NCBI GenBank assembly: GCA_964416155.1
Contig: CAYQCW010000007.1
Location: forward strand, 32,001 to 96,000
Reading direction: 5' to 3'
DNA: 64,000 nt
DNA from: an uncultured Nitrososphaerota archaeon
GTDB lineage: Archaea; Thermoproteota; EX4484-205; JAAOZP01
This document shows positions 40,141-49,023 of the stretch, piece by piece. The notes below the pieces were generated by a model, which saw only the letters and a list, made by a program, of their open reading frames with translations, had not been told where the DNA came from and searched no databases. A program made the position numbers and the translations under genes. Position 1 is the stretch's first letter, and every line of letters begins with the position of its first letter.

Positions 40141-40830
40141 ATGAGGATAGTGCTGAAAATAGGGCATGCTCTCTTCAAGGGCCACTCGATAGACTTGGAG
40201 AAGATACGTGGGACGGCGGACGCGATACTGAGGCTGCGCAACGCTGGTCATAGGGTTGTTGTCGTGGTCGGCGGGGGTGAGCCCAGCAGGACCTTCATAA
40301 AGGCGGCTAGAAGCCTCGGGGCGGACCATGCTACTTGCGACGAGGTCGGCATAATGGTCACCTGGATTAACGCTCTCCTACTGTCCATAGCGTTCGGAGA
40401 GGCCTCGAGCAGAAACATCATAAGCAGTTTTGAAGAGCTCGAGAGGCAGTTGGACACGGCTGGGGGTAAAATACTCGTCGGAGGAGGCTTCACGCCGGCC
40501 CAGTCGACAGACGCTGTCGCAGCACTAATAGCTGAGAGGCTGAAAGCCGATCTTCTGATAAAGACTACTGATGTCGACGGCGTTTATAACGTTGATCCTA
40601 AGAAAAACCCGGATGCGAAGCTGCTTAAAGAGGTGAGCGTGAGAAGGCTCAGGAAAATACTGGGGCAGGAGTCGACACCGGGCGGATACAAGCTTCTAGA
40701 CCAGGTTTCCCTCTCAATACTTGAAAGGTCAAGAATACCGGTTGTAATCGTAAACGGTTCCGATCCTGAAAACATTATTAGAGCAGCCTCTGGGGAGAAA
40801 GTAGGCACGAGAATAAACTATTCCGAATAA
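40141..40830 (+). CDS. pyrH: UMP kinase
   Basis: VLKIG, VVVGGG, PAQSTDAVAA, TDVDGVYNVDPKKNPDAK. Confidence 0.95.
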   Translation: MRIVLKIGHALFKGHSIDLEKIRGTADAILRLRNAGHRVVVVVGGGEPSRTFIKAARSLGADHATCDEVGIMVTWINALLLSIAFGEASSRNIISSFEELERQLDTAGGKILVGGGFTPAQSTDAVAALIAERLKADLLIKTTDVDGVYNVDPKKNPDAKLLKEVSVRRLRKILGQESTPGGYKLLDQVSLSILERSRIPVVIVNGSDPENIIRAASGEKVGTRINYSE

Positions 40831-41156
40831 CACACTGCCTATGGAGAAGCGTGAATAATTGGGTGGAAGTATAATCTGGCGGGAGAGGGGGAGGATGATG
40901 ATTTCTAACCCCGTTTAACCCGTATCAAGATGAAACAATCCACGAGCACTGGGTTTGCAACCCATACTGGGGTGCTCCACATATTTTTCAGGTAAGGGTC
41001 ACGGGAAGAATTAGGCGGGGCTAAAAGTAAGCTGTTTGTTAAATACTTTTCTTAAGAGGCGTCTTTCAACCTGCATTCGTCTTACTGGAAGAAGGCGTAT
41101 AATTTAGGTAGAAGCGGGTCGTGTGGTTTAAACCTAGGGAGAAAAATATTAGGGGA

Positions 41157-41288
41157 TGGGGCCAGGGCGATTTGAACGCCCATTCACGGGTTTCCTCCCA
41201 GCTCCAACCTTTCCTCATCTCCCTCGCCGGGATCCTTGGCTTGCATGCGGCTGGAGCCCGCCGTCCTGCCTGGTTAGACTATGGCCCC
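41157..41288 (-). tRNA. tRNA-Trp(CCA) with a ~59-nt intron at 37/38 (41192-41250)
   Basis: Acceptor GGGGCCA/TGGCCCC, stem GCGGG/CCCGT, T-arm GGGCG TTCAAAT CGCCC; the intron contains anticodon-antisense GTTGGAGC. Confidence 0.93.
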
Positions 41289-41506
41289 GGTTTCCCCGTG
41301 TGTTTTCCTTACGGCGGATTTTTAAGGTTTTTCATGTTGCTGGTTTTTTAGGGTTATTTTACCGGGTGTATGAGGGATAAGGTTGTGGTTTTCTTAGGCT
41401 GTTTACCGCCGTTTTTCATGATTGTTTAAATCTGGTTAGGCTTAAGCGGGGCTGGGGGTGGGGAAGGTTTTATTAAGGAGTTACGCTGTTTAATCTTCGA
41501 TGAGAA

Positions 41507-41749
41507 ATGGCTCACGCGTATGTTTTGATGAATGTTGAGATAGGGACTGAGAACGATGTTCTCAACAGGCTTAAGGATACTCCTGGGGTTGTGGAGTCCT
41601 GGATTGTTTTCGGCGTTTACGATATTATTACTAAGGTTGAGGCTGAGAACAGTGAGAAGCTTAAGGAGGTCGTAAGCAAGTATATTAGGAAGATTGAGGG
41701 CGTTAGGAATACTCTCACGCTGATGCCTATTGAAGGCTTCGCCAAGTAA
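41507..41749 (+). CDS. Stand-alone Lrp/AsnC ligand-binding (RAM) domain protein
   Basis: AYVLMNV, FGVYDII, IRKIEGVRNTLTL. Confidence 0.9.
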   Translation: MAHAYVLMNVEIGTENDVLNRLKDTPGVVESWIVFGVYDIITKVEAENSEKLKEVVSKYIRKIEGVRNTLTLMPIEGFAK

Positions 41750-41792
41750 AGTTTAAGCCTGGCTCGACGAAGAGTATCGTGAACTGTTAGCG

Positions 41793-42146
41793 ATGGGGTT
41801 GAGATTCGGGTCTAAGAGGGAGCAGGAGCGTCTGCTTAAGAGGCTTGGGATAAGGCTTGAGGAGGTGCAGGGCGTTAGAAGCGTAGTTATTGAGACTGAC
41901 AGCGAGAGGATTGTTTTCGACTCCCCGGCTGTGACTAAGATGGTTAGCGGTGGTCAGGAGATATACCAGGTTATCGGGGAGCCCATGGTTGAGAAGAAGG
42001 AGAAGGAGGAGTATGTTCCCCTGGAGGAGGATGTTCTGCTTGTGGCGAAGCAGACCGGTAGGAGTGTTGAGGACGCAAGGAAAGCCTTGATAACGACTGA
42101 GGGCGATATCGCTCAAGCGATTGTTCTGCTTCAATCAGGCCGGTAG
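41793..42146 (+). CDS. nac: Nascent polypeptide-associated complex protein
   Basis: LKRLGI, YQVIG, C-terminal UBA-like EDVLLVAKQTG...GDIAQAI. Confidence 0.92.
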   Translation: MGLRFGSKREQERLLKRLGIRLEEVQGVRSVVIETDSERIVFDSPAVTKMVSGGQEIYQVIGEPMVEKKEKEEYVPLEEDVLLVAKQTGRSVEDARKALITTEGDIAQAIVLLQSGR

Positions 42147-42193
42147 GGAAAGGCATATTTGCTTCCCCCATGTTTTCTTAAGGGTCTTTAAAA

Positions 42194-42721
42194 ATGGTAT
42201 GCGAGATATGCGGGGCTAGGGCGCCGAAACTTAGGAGAACAATCATAGAGGGCAGCGTTATGAATGTTTGCCCAGACTGTTTCAACACTCTTACTAAGAA
42301 GACTCCTGTTGAAAACGTGTTTGCCAAGCCAGGTGGAACCCTGGTGAAGAAGCCGGTTGCCGCTAAGCCGGTTACGGTTAAAAAGATTGAAAAGAAGACT
42401 CCTGTTGAAAACGTCTCTCTAGCAGAATCCGTGGAGCTTGCGAGCAATTACAGGGAGCTTATTAAGAGTAGGAGGAGGAAGCTCGGCTGGAGCGAGGAGG
42501 ACCTTGGGGAGAAAACAGGTTTGAAAACGTCTCTGATAAAGAAGATTGAGACCGGCAAGATAACTCCCTCCGTGGTTGACGTTAGGAAGATTGAGGACGC
42601 TTTGAAAATAAAGCTGCTTACGAGTATTAAGCAGGAAGCGGCTCCCGTTAAGCATCTTGCTAAGAGCTCTTCTTCAGCCTTAACCCTGGGGGATATTTTG
42701 CGCGACGAGGCTGCTGAATAG
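42194..42721 (+). CDS. Multiprotein bridging factor aMBF1
   Basis: CEICG...IEGS..VCPDC zinc ribbon, XRE-type HTH, C-terminal TLGD. Confidence 0.92.
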   Translation: MVCEICGARAPKLRRTIIEGSVMNVCPDCFNTLTKKTPVENVFAKPGGTLVKKPVAAKPVTVKKIEKKTPVENVSLAESVELASNYRELIKSRRRKLGWSEEDLGEKTGLKTSLIKKIETGKITPSVVDVRKIEDALKIKLLTSIKQEAAPVKHLAKSSSSALTLGDILRDEAAE

Positions 42722-42741
42722 CCGGGGAGGAGACGCCCAGC

Positions 42742-43317
42742 ATGGTTCAAACCGGCTGCGAAATAGGGGTTCTCCGCCTCGGCCACAGGATATTCAGGGA
42801 TAAGAGGGTGACTATGCATGCTTTCCTTGTTTCAAGAGCCTTCGGGGCAACCTCGTTCATCATTCACGGAGATAGGGATTCTAAGCTTGAGGAGAAAGCC
42901 AGAAGGGTTGTTAGAGACTGGGGTGGGAGAATAAGCATCGGCTACAGTGGAGACTGGTTGAAAACAGTTGAGGACTGGAGGAGCAGGGGGAGCCTGATCC
43001 TTCACCTAACGATGTACGGCATGCCCGTTGAAAACGTTATCGAGAGCATCAGGGTGGAGAGCAGGCTCCTAGTGATAATCGGCGGCCGGAAGGTTCCCCG
43101 AGAAGCCTACGAGGTTTCGGATTACAATGTCGCAGTAACAAATCAGCCTCACTCAGAGATAGCCGCGCTCGCAATGTTTCTAGACAGGTTTTTCAAGGGC
43201 CAAGAGCTCTACATGCAACATGAGAAGGCAAGGGTCTTCGCGGTTCCCTCACCCAGAGGAAAAGTAATATGTAGGAACCCGTTTTACAAGGAGGAGGAGA
43301 AAGTTGAGCGAGGATAG
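42742..43317 (+). CDS. trm56: tRNA (cytidine56-2'-O)-methyltransferase
   Basis: LRLGHR..RDKRVT, HLTMYG, KVP, NQPHSEIAALA. Confidence 0.95.
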   Translation: MVQTGCEIGVLRLGHRIFRDKRVTMHAFLVSRAFGATSFIIHGDRDSKLEEKARRVVRDWGGRISIGYSGDWLKTVEDWRSRGSLILHLTMYGMPVENVIESIRVESRLLVIIGGRKVPREAYEVSDYNVAVTNQPHSEIAALAMFLDRFFKGQELYMQHEKARVFAVPSPRGKVICRNPFYKEEEKVERG

Positions 43318-43831
43318 GCTTGACGCCGTAAGCCATCTTTACACGCAGATCGTAGGCCTCATAGGGGGAGACGAGGCTATAGAGGTTGCTGAGGCATTAA
43401 TACAGCTTAAGAAGGCGAGCGAGGAGCAGATATCCTCTAAAACCGAGTTGAGAGTAGGAGACGTGAGGAAAATACTTTTCAAGCTTTACGAGAAGGCGTT
43501 AATAACCTACGAGGAGCTGAAGAAGGAGGAGGGAGATAAGATAAAAAGCATATTCTTATGGATGCCGCTCATAGACCAGGTTGAGGGAATAGCTGCAAAC
43601 TACAGGCGTATGATTCTACAGAAGCTCAGGGAGAAGCTCGCATTCGCAGAGGGCAACGAGCTCTACCACTGTGGAAAAGAAGGCCATAAAATACTTGTTT
43701 TCGACGAGGCTGTTGAAAACCTTTTCAGATGCCCCATGTGCAGCGAACCCCTCTTCAGAATGAATAAGGAGGAGTACGTTAGGAAACTGAACACACTGAT
43801 AAAAACAATTGAAAATGAGGAGAAAGAGTAG
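43304..43831 (+). CDS. tfe: Transcription factor E alpha
   Basis: Winged helix (VRKILFKL), zinc ribbon FDEA..FRCPMC; usual trm56-tfe-HD order. Confidence 0.92.
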   Translation: MSEDRLDAVSHLYTQIVGLIGGDEAIEVAEALIQLKKASEEQISSKTELRVGDVRKILFKLYEKALITYEELKKEEGDKIKSIFLWMPLIDQVEGIAANYRRMILQKLREKLAFAEGNELYHCGKEGHKILVFDEAVENLFRCPMCSEPLFRMNKEEYVRKLNTLIKTIENEEKE

Positions 43832-44378
43832 AATACCAAATGAAGAGAAATGCGTCAAGATTCTTTTAGAAGAAGGGGTTAACAGCAGTGTTCTTAGACA
43901 CGCCTTGAAAGTCAGCGAGGTCGCTAAAGACTTAGCAGACAGAGTAGAGTCAAAAGGATACCGTGTGAATAAGAAGCTGGTTACGGCGGGAGCACTTCTC
44001 CACGACATTGGAAGAGCAGTCACCCACGATGTTTCACACGGAGTAATAGGCGGCCAAATAGTTAGAAGAAGGAAACTAGATGAACAGCTTGCGAGAATAG
44101 TTGAGAGACACGTGGGAGCAGGAATATCCGAGGAAGAGGCTGCGAAGCTGAAACTAGGCACAATAAGCCTAATCCCGGAGACCGTTGAGGAGAAAATAGT
44201 CTGCTACGCCGACAAGCTTGTAGACAGCGATAAGAAGATAGAGTACACGGAAACCCTGAAATACTTCAAGGAGAAACTGGGCGTAGACCACCCTGCAATA
44301 AGAAGGCTCGAAGAACTAGACGAGTTTTTCCAAGAAATCCTCCGAAAGGACGATAGGAACGAAAAACACAATTGTTGA
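43809..44378 (+). CDS. HD-domain protein (TIGR00295-like)
   Basis: ALLHDIGR, HGVIG, ERHVGAG, PETVEEKIVCYADKL. Confidence 0.9.
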   Translation: MKMRRKSRIPNEEKCVKILLEEGVNSSVLRHALKVSEVAKDLADRVESKGYRVNKKLVTAGALLHDIGRAVTHDVSHGVIGGQIVRRRKLDEQLARIVERHVGAGISEEEAAKLKLGTISLIPETVEEKIVCYADKLVDSDKKIEYTETLKYFKEKLGVDHPAIRRLEELDEFFQEILRKDDRNEKHNC

Positions 44379-44551
44379 AACCCTTCAAGAAAACTAAATA
44401 GTTAAACAAGGATGTAAAGGAAAGCAGGTGTTAGTTTTCAGCTAGCAAACCTTTCACGTGCTAAGCGGAATCATAACCTCGATAGGTTTACCTCGCAATG
44501 TTTAATACAGCTAAGAAAGGTTTTTATCCACCCTAGAACACTGAGCAAACA

Positions 44552-44696
44552 GGACCCGTAGCTCAAATTTAAGTACTAGATTCGCGTGATGGCGTGAGTC
44601 TAGTACTTGAAGAGCAGCCTGGTTAGAGCGCTGGGCTTTTAACCCAGAGCCGCGCGCGGCGGGTAAATGTTGCGGGTTCAATTCCCGCCGGGTCCG
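44552..44696 (+). tRNA. tRNA-Lys(TTT) with two introns: 15/16 (44567-44617) and 43/44 (44648-44666)
   Basis: Acceptor GGACCCG/CGGGTCC, stem CTGGG/CCCAG, BHB helices GCTC/GAGC and ACCC/GGGT; TATA-like TTTTTATC at 44521. Confidence 0.93.
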
Positions 44697-44750
44697 TTAC
44701 TTATAACGTTCAGAAAAATTTAATAGCTGGCTTAAAGATGAAGGAGACAA

Positions 44751-44850
44751 GGGCCAGTGGCCCAGCCTGGTTAAGGCGCCCGGCTGATAATAGATGAATA
44801 TAAATCTATTTGAAACCGGGAGATCGCCGGTTCGAATCCGGCCTGGCCCA
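44751..44850 (+). tRNA. tRNA-Ile(GAT) with a 25-nt intron at 37/38 (44790-44814)
   Basis: Acceptor GGGCCAG/CTGGCCC, stem CCCGG/CCGGG, T-loop TTCGAAT, intron stem TAGAT/ATCTA. Confidence 0.95.
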
Positions 44851-44969
44851 CTTTTAGTGAATGTGTAAACGCGTATCTCATTCTTTTCCGCGCCATGGTG
44901 TTCGCAATCTTCAATAATGAGATTAGAAGGCGATTATGCTTAAAGCTGTGCTTCACGAGTATTAGTAGG

Positions 44970-45708
44970 ATGGTGAACCCTAAGCTTAGGAAGAGGCTTG
45001 TGGATTCGATAGAGTATCTTCGTAAAATGGGTTTCTTCCAAAACTACTCCGACTTGTCCTCCGAGGAGATTCTTAAGAAGATTTGAACGGCGAGATAGAA
45101 TATTCTATGCTGTCGGTTGATGAGAAGGATGAGAGGAGTTTTTAAAAAAGGCGGAGGAGGAGAGAGAAAGGGGAAACTTGGGGCCAGCGTCTAAAAAAGT
45201 GGATTGAAAAGGATGAGGATCAGTGGATGAAGAAGAGCGATTTCGGAGTAGATTTAGAGCTGAGCTTTTTCGATAGGAGGAGGATTTTCGCTGAAGATGT
45301 AGAGACTATGATTTATGAAGGCATGGTGGTCGTGTTGTTGAAGAAACTAGCTAGGATTTCAAGAGGCGTTTTCCAGCCGACGAATATGAGGGAGAAGAAG
45401 TGGGTCCAATGGCATGGGAAGGCTCCTCAAGACGATGGAATACATTTCAAAATTCCTTAACTATGATTATAGGACTAGGATCGGGTGTGCTTCGAGTTCA
45501 GGAGAGAGGAGCATGTCGTCGATTTTTACTGTAGAGGTGATTTTCTGAATATAGAACTCGTGGTAAATAGGATAAACGAGCTTATTAAGGATGCTGGATA
45601 TCAATACTACCGGCTTCAGGAGACTACTTCTGTTTCGCTGTTCTCACTCGGGATGAAGCTGAGAAGCTAATGAAGGAAAGGGGCTGGAGATTTATAAAGG
45701 TGTATTAG
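44970..45708 (+). pseudogene. Toxin-partner (immunity-like) gene, fragmented
   Basis: Successive ORF pieces (MVNPKLRK..., MKKSDF..., FRREEHVVDFYC...INELIKDAGYQYY, EKLMKERGWRF); homologous to 35260-35484. Confidence 0.65.
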
Positions 45709-47287
45709 TTTGCAGGTTCTGTTATGGTTTAGGTTTAACACTGCATCACCGGGAATAGGTTCAATACCTTCCAAGAATTCCGACGTTATGATTTTGTCCA
45801 AATCCCTAAGTGCAATGACTAATGGAAGCCCGTACTTGGCCTTTATGAAGTAATCTTTCAACTGCTTTACTGCCCCATCCATCTGCCTCGCTACATTTAT
45901 TCTTGTGGTTTTAATCTCGATTATCGCAACCAGTTCACTTTTATGATACATGTGAAAACCAGGCCCTAGCTTAAATGGTCCCATTATTTTCGAGCTCATT
46001 CTCCAGAATATCTAGGAACTCGGACACCTTCCTTTTAATTTCATCTTTCAAGTAAAGTTTAACGTATCACTGACCAATGTCCCCCTCAAAGTTAGGGTCT
46101 TCGCGTTCTTCGCCAAAGATCTTTTTCAAATCCTCAACCATTTTCGTTAAAATTGTCTTCGGGTTTTCCAGGAATATCTAATGGTCGGATGTGGTTTCGC
46201 CCTCTCCTCTGTAATACTCTACCGTGAGTTTGCTTTTCTCCTCATCGTATTTCACGCTTTTAATCCGTCTAAATTGGCTGACCATCAATTTGCATAAATA
46301 TTCCTTGGATTCCTTGTGCACCAGCTTGATTAAGTGCTCTTTACCTCGTAATCCTTTATCGAGAAGATGACTGTGGACCCATAATCCCCCGTCTTATCGT
46401 AACGTGGGTCCTCCTTCAAGAGGATTTCGCAAATATCATTTCCACCTACAATCAGCATGTATTTCCCTAAGCTGAACGTGGTGTCGAACGGTGCGTTCGC
46501 CTCCCTGAGGACTGTTTTGACAAACTCGTAGGTGGCGATCCTAGTTACAGTTACCTTAACTTCCTCACCATCCTCGCCTATATCGTTTGGAATGTCGAAT
46601 TCAAACGTTGATCCATAACCTTTGAAAAGGTCCTTTCCTTCACCTTAATTTTTACCCAACATGGTTCATCTCCCAAGTATGATTTGAGCAGTTCCCTAGA
46701 TATCCGAATCCTTAAATTATGCTTAATATGCTGCTTCAAAACGCTTTTCACCATTAAGCCGTCAGGATGGTTGATTATCCTGCTAAGCGCACGTACAACC
46801 GGTGCGACGAAGATTCCAAGCGGGCTGTAGGTTAATGCTTCGGTAACGCTACCCGTTTGAGCGTAGACTATGAGGGCGCTTGCTGTGCCAACCGCTAAGC
46901 CTGCTATAGTGATGTGTGAGACCGTGAAGGATAGGCCTGCTATCGCCACGGGTATCGGGGTTCCGGTCGTCCCCGCAAACGTAGACCGCTGCCGAGAGGC
47001 CCTCTAGTATCGTTACCGTTGCAATGGTTGTTTTAGTGTCGCTATAAGTCCCTTGGCCGGCTCGCGTCGATACGGAGGTAGCCTGTTCCACCGTACCATG
47101 TTCTCTTGTCGACGATGTAGGTTATCGCTACAGTGTTCCTATTCAGGTTGTTCCAAGAATAGGATGAGGGGGCTGCGGAAGCGTGGGTTCTGTTGAACGA
47201 AGTGGCTAAATCAGGCAGGAGGAGAAGCGTAAAGGAGGCTGAGAAGAACAGTGTTAAAAACAGGCGTCTCCAGGCACGCCCGCCCAT
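45667..47287 (-). pseudogene. Secreted polymorphic-toxin-like gene with C-terminal PD-(D/E)xK domain, heavily deleted
   Basis: Signal-like MGGRAWRRLFLTLFF (ATG 47287), G/A-rich hydrophobic region 46949-46800, C-terminal GPGF...AIIEIKTT...KQLKDYF. Confidence 0.6.
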
Positions 47288-47874
47288 GAATGGGAAACGC
47301 GGGGGCTTAAGATAGAGCTTTCCAGCTTGCCCTGCCCACGATGCTGAGGCTGTCCTCACAGCACGCGCTAGACCAGCCCTGTTGAAGCGTTCAAAGTATA
47401 GGGTAGCGCACGATCCTAAAACCGCTCTACACCGTTTATCCCTCACTGTCGTATGGATCAAAGTGGTTTTCTTGAGCCATTAGGCCTCATGAGGAGGGCT
47501 AACTCCCCATAGTTAACTTGAAGGCCTGCTCCTTAATCACGGTTTTGCCCCGAGCTCTACGACGAGGCCTTTCAAATAAAGCATTTATATTACCAGCTTA
47601 TTTTCCGCCTGAAGACGGTTTAAAAAGGTTTAAGCCTCAGATTAACTCTGACAAGTCATGTTTTCCTACAAATACCTTATCCTCATAGGCTGAAGAGTAA
47701 GCCTTCCGCCAGAAGAAAAACTTTATCTTGAGACGCTTGACGCTTTAAAAACAATTGATTAGGGCGGTGGAGGCGTTCAGAACCCTAGGAGGAGTTTACG
47801 ATAAACGTGAGAAAACCCTAGTGCAACCCAGGGTTCTCCATACTGTTTAGAGCTCGGAAGGAGGCTGGTTTAAA

Positions 47875-48444
47875 ATGAGTTTTGCAAAAGGTAAAAGAGT
47901 TTTCGAAGAATACGGCTACGTTATAGACTTCTTGGAGGAGGGAAGGGTTTTAAGCAGGGTCGGCAGGCCTGTGCACACGCCTTACGCGCAGCTTCTCGGC
48001 GAAAACTATTTCACCCTGCTGGAGGTTTCTCTATTCCCCCATGTCAGGCTAGGTTTTAAGGAAAGAGTTTTCATAGGTAAGGGGGACAGGCCTCAGGTTA
48101 AGAACGTGCTTGGACGAATAAGATACGGTGAGCTGACTCCTCAAGCCAGGTACATGCTTCCCGAGGTCGCTGAATTTATAATCGTTAAAAACGAATCCCG
48201 GTTTATAGATCTCTTAAACAATCTACAATCCCTCTCGCCGAAAATGCACTCGATTGAGCTTCTACCAAGCATTGGCAAGATGAATTCTAAAAAGATTCTT
48301 GAGGAGAGAGCTAGAAAACCTTTCACGTCTTACGAAGATTTTTCAAGCAGGACTGGCGTACAGGGGATTGCGAGGCTCATGGCGCAGAGGGTTGTGGAGG
48401 AGCTTTCCACCGAGGTTAAATACCGCATATTCACAAGGGATTAG
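47875..48444 (+). CDS. DUF655 family RNA-binding protein
   Basis: EEYGYVIDFL, GENYFTLLE, RVFIGKGDR, HSIELLPSIGK, PFTSYED. Confidence 0.92.
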   Translation: MSFAKGKRVFEEYGYVIDFLEEGRVLSRVGRPVHTPYAQLLGENYFTLLEVSLFPHVRLGFKERVFIGKGDRPQVKNVLGRIRYGELTPQARYMLPEVAEFIIVKNESRFIDLLNNLQSLSPKMHSIELLPSIGKMNSKKILEERARKPFTSYEDFSSRTGVQGIARLMAQRVVEELSTEVKYRIFTRD

Positions 48445-48988
48445 GAGGCTTCCTAGATATTTTGAGCAGGATGATTTTTTCGAAAAAGAAACTCCTGCAG
48501 GAGGCTTCTTCAACAAGAAAGCCTTTCTCCTTCAGAGTCCTCTTCAAGCCTTCTACGTCTGAAAGGCTTGACTGCACGAGGAACAATACGCTAGCATCAG
48601 ACATTAGGGGAAGCACGTTTCCTAAAAGCCTTCTCGAGAAAGCCGCGTCTTTCCCAGCAGCCCATGACGGATCCTCTTTGGGAGACTGCTCAACCGGAAG
48701 ATAGGGAGGATTGCTCACTATCATGTCGAACCCAACGCCATCCCTGAACGCTGTTGCAAGATCCCCGTTTACAACATGCACAACCCCCCGAAGCCTGTTT
48801 CTCTTGAAATTGATTAAAGTGTTTCTACACGCCTCCATATAGACATCCACCGCAACCACCTCAATGTTTCTGCGTGCAAAAGCCAGTGAAACTACGCCAC
48901 TTCCGCAGCCTATTTCCAGAATCCTTTTGGCTTCAACCTCTTCTACAATATCGAGAACCATGTAGGAATCCTCTGAAGGAGGATACAC
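48431..48988 (-). CDS. HemK2/MTQ2 release-factor glutamine methyltransferase
   Basis: YPPSEDS, LEIGCGSG, NPPY, QSSLS. Confidence 0.9.
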   Translation of the reverse strand: MYPPSEDSYMVLDIVEEVEAKRILEIGCGSGVVSLAFARRNIEVVAVDVYMEACRNTLINFKRNRLRGVVHVVNGDLATAFRDGVGFDMIVSNPPYLPVEQSPKEDPSWAAGKDAAFSRRLLGNVLPLMSDASVLFLVQSSLSDVEGLKRTLKEKGFLVEEASCRSFFFEKIILLKISRKPPNPL

Positions 48989-49023
48989 GCCAGGGTAAAC
49001 TGTAATTCTTAAGCCGTTGACAA

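Noticed and set aside
40069-40329. 503-aa aRF1 with a long N-terminal extension
   Set aside because: The extension overlaps divergent pyrH and its promoter; homology begins near TTG 40068.
40877-40965. tRNA-Pyl, tRNA-Cys or split-tRNA half on the minus strand
   Set aside because: No matching 5' acceptor strand, proper T-arm or CTA anticodon; kept only as a weak sRNA candidate.
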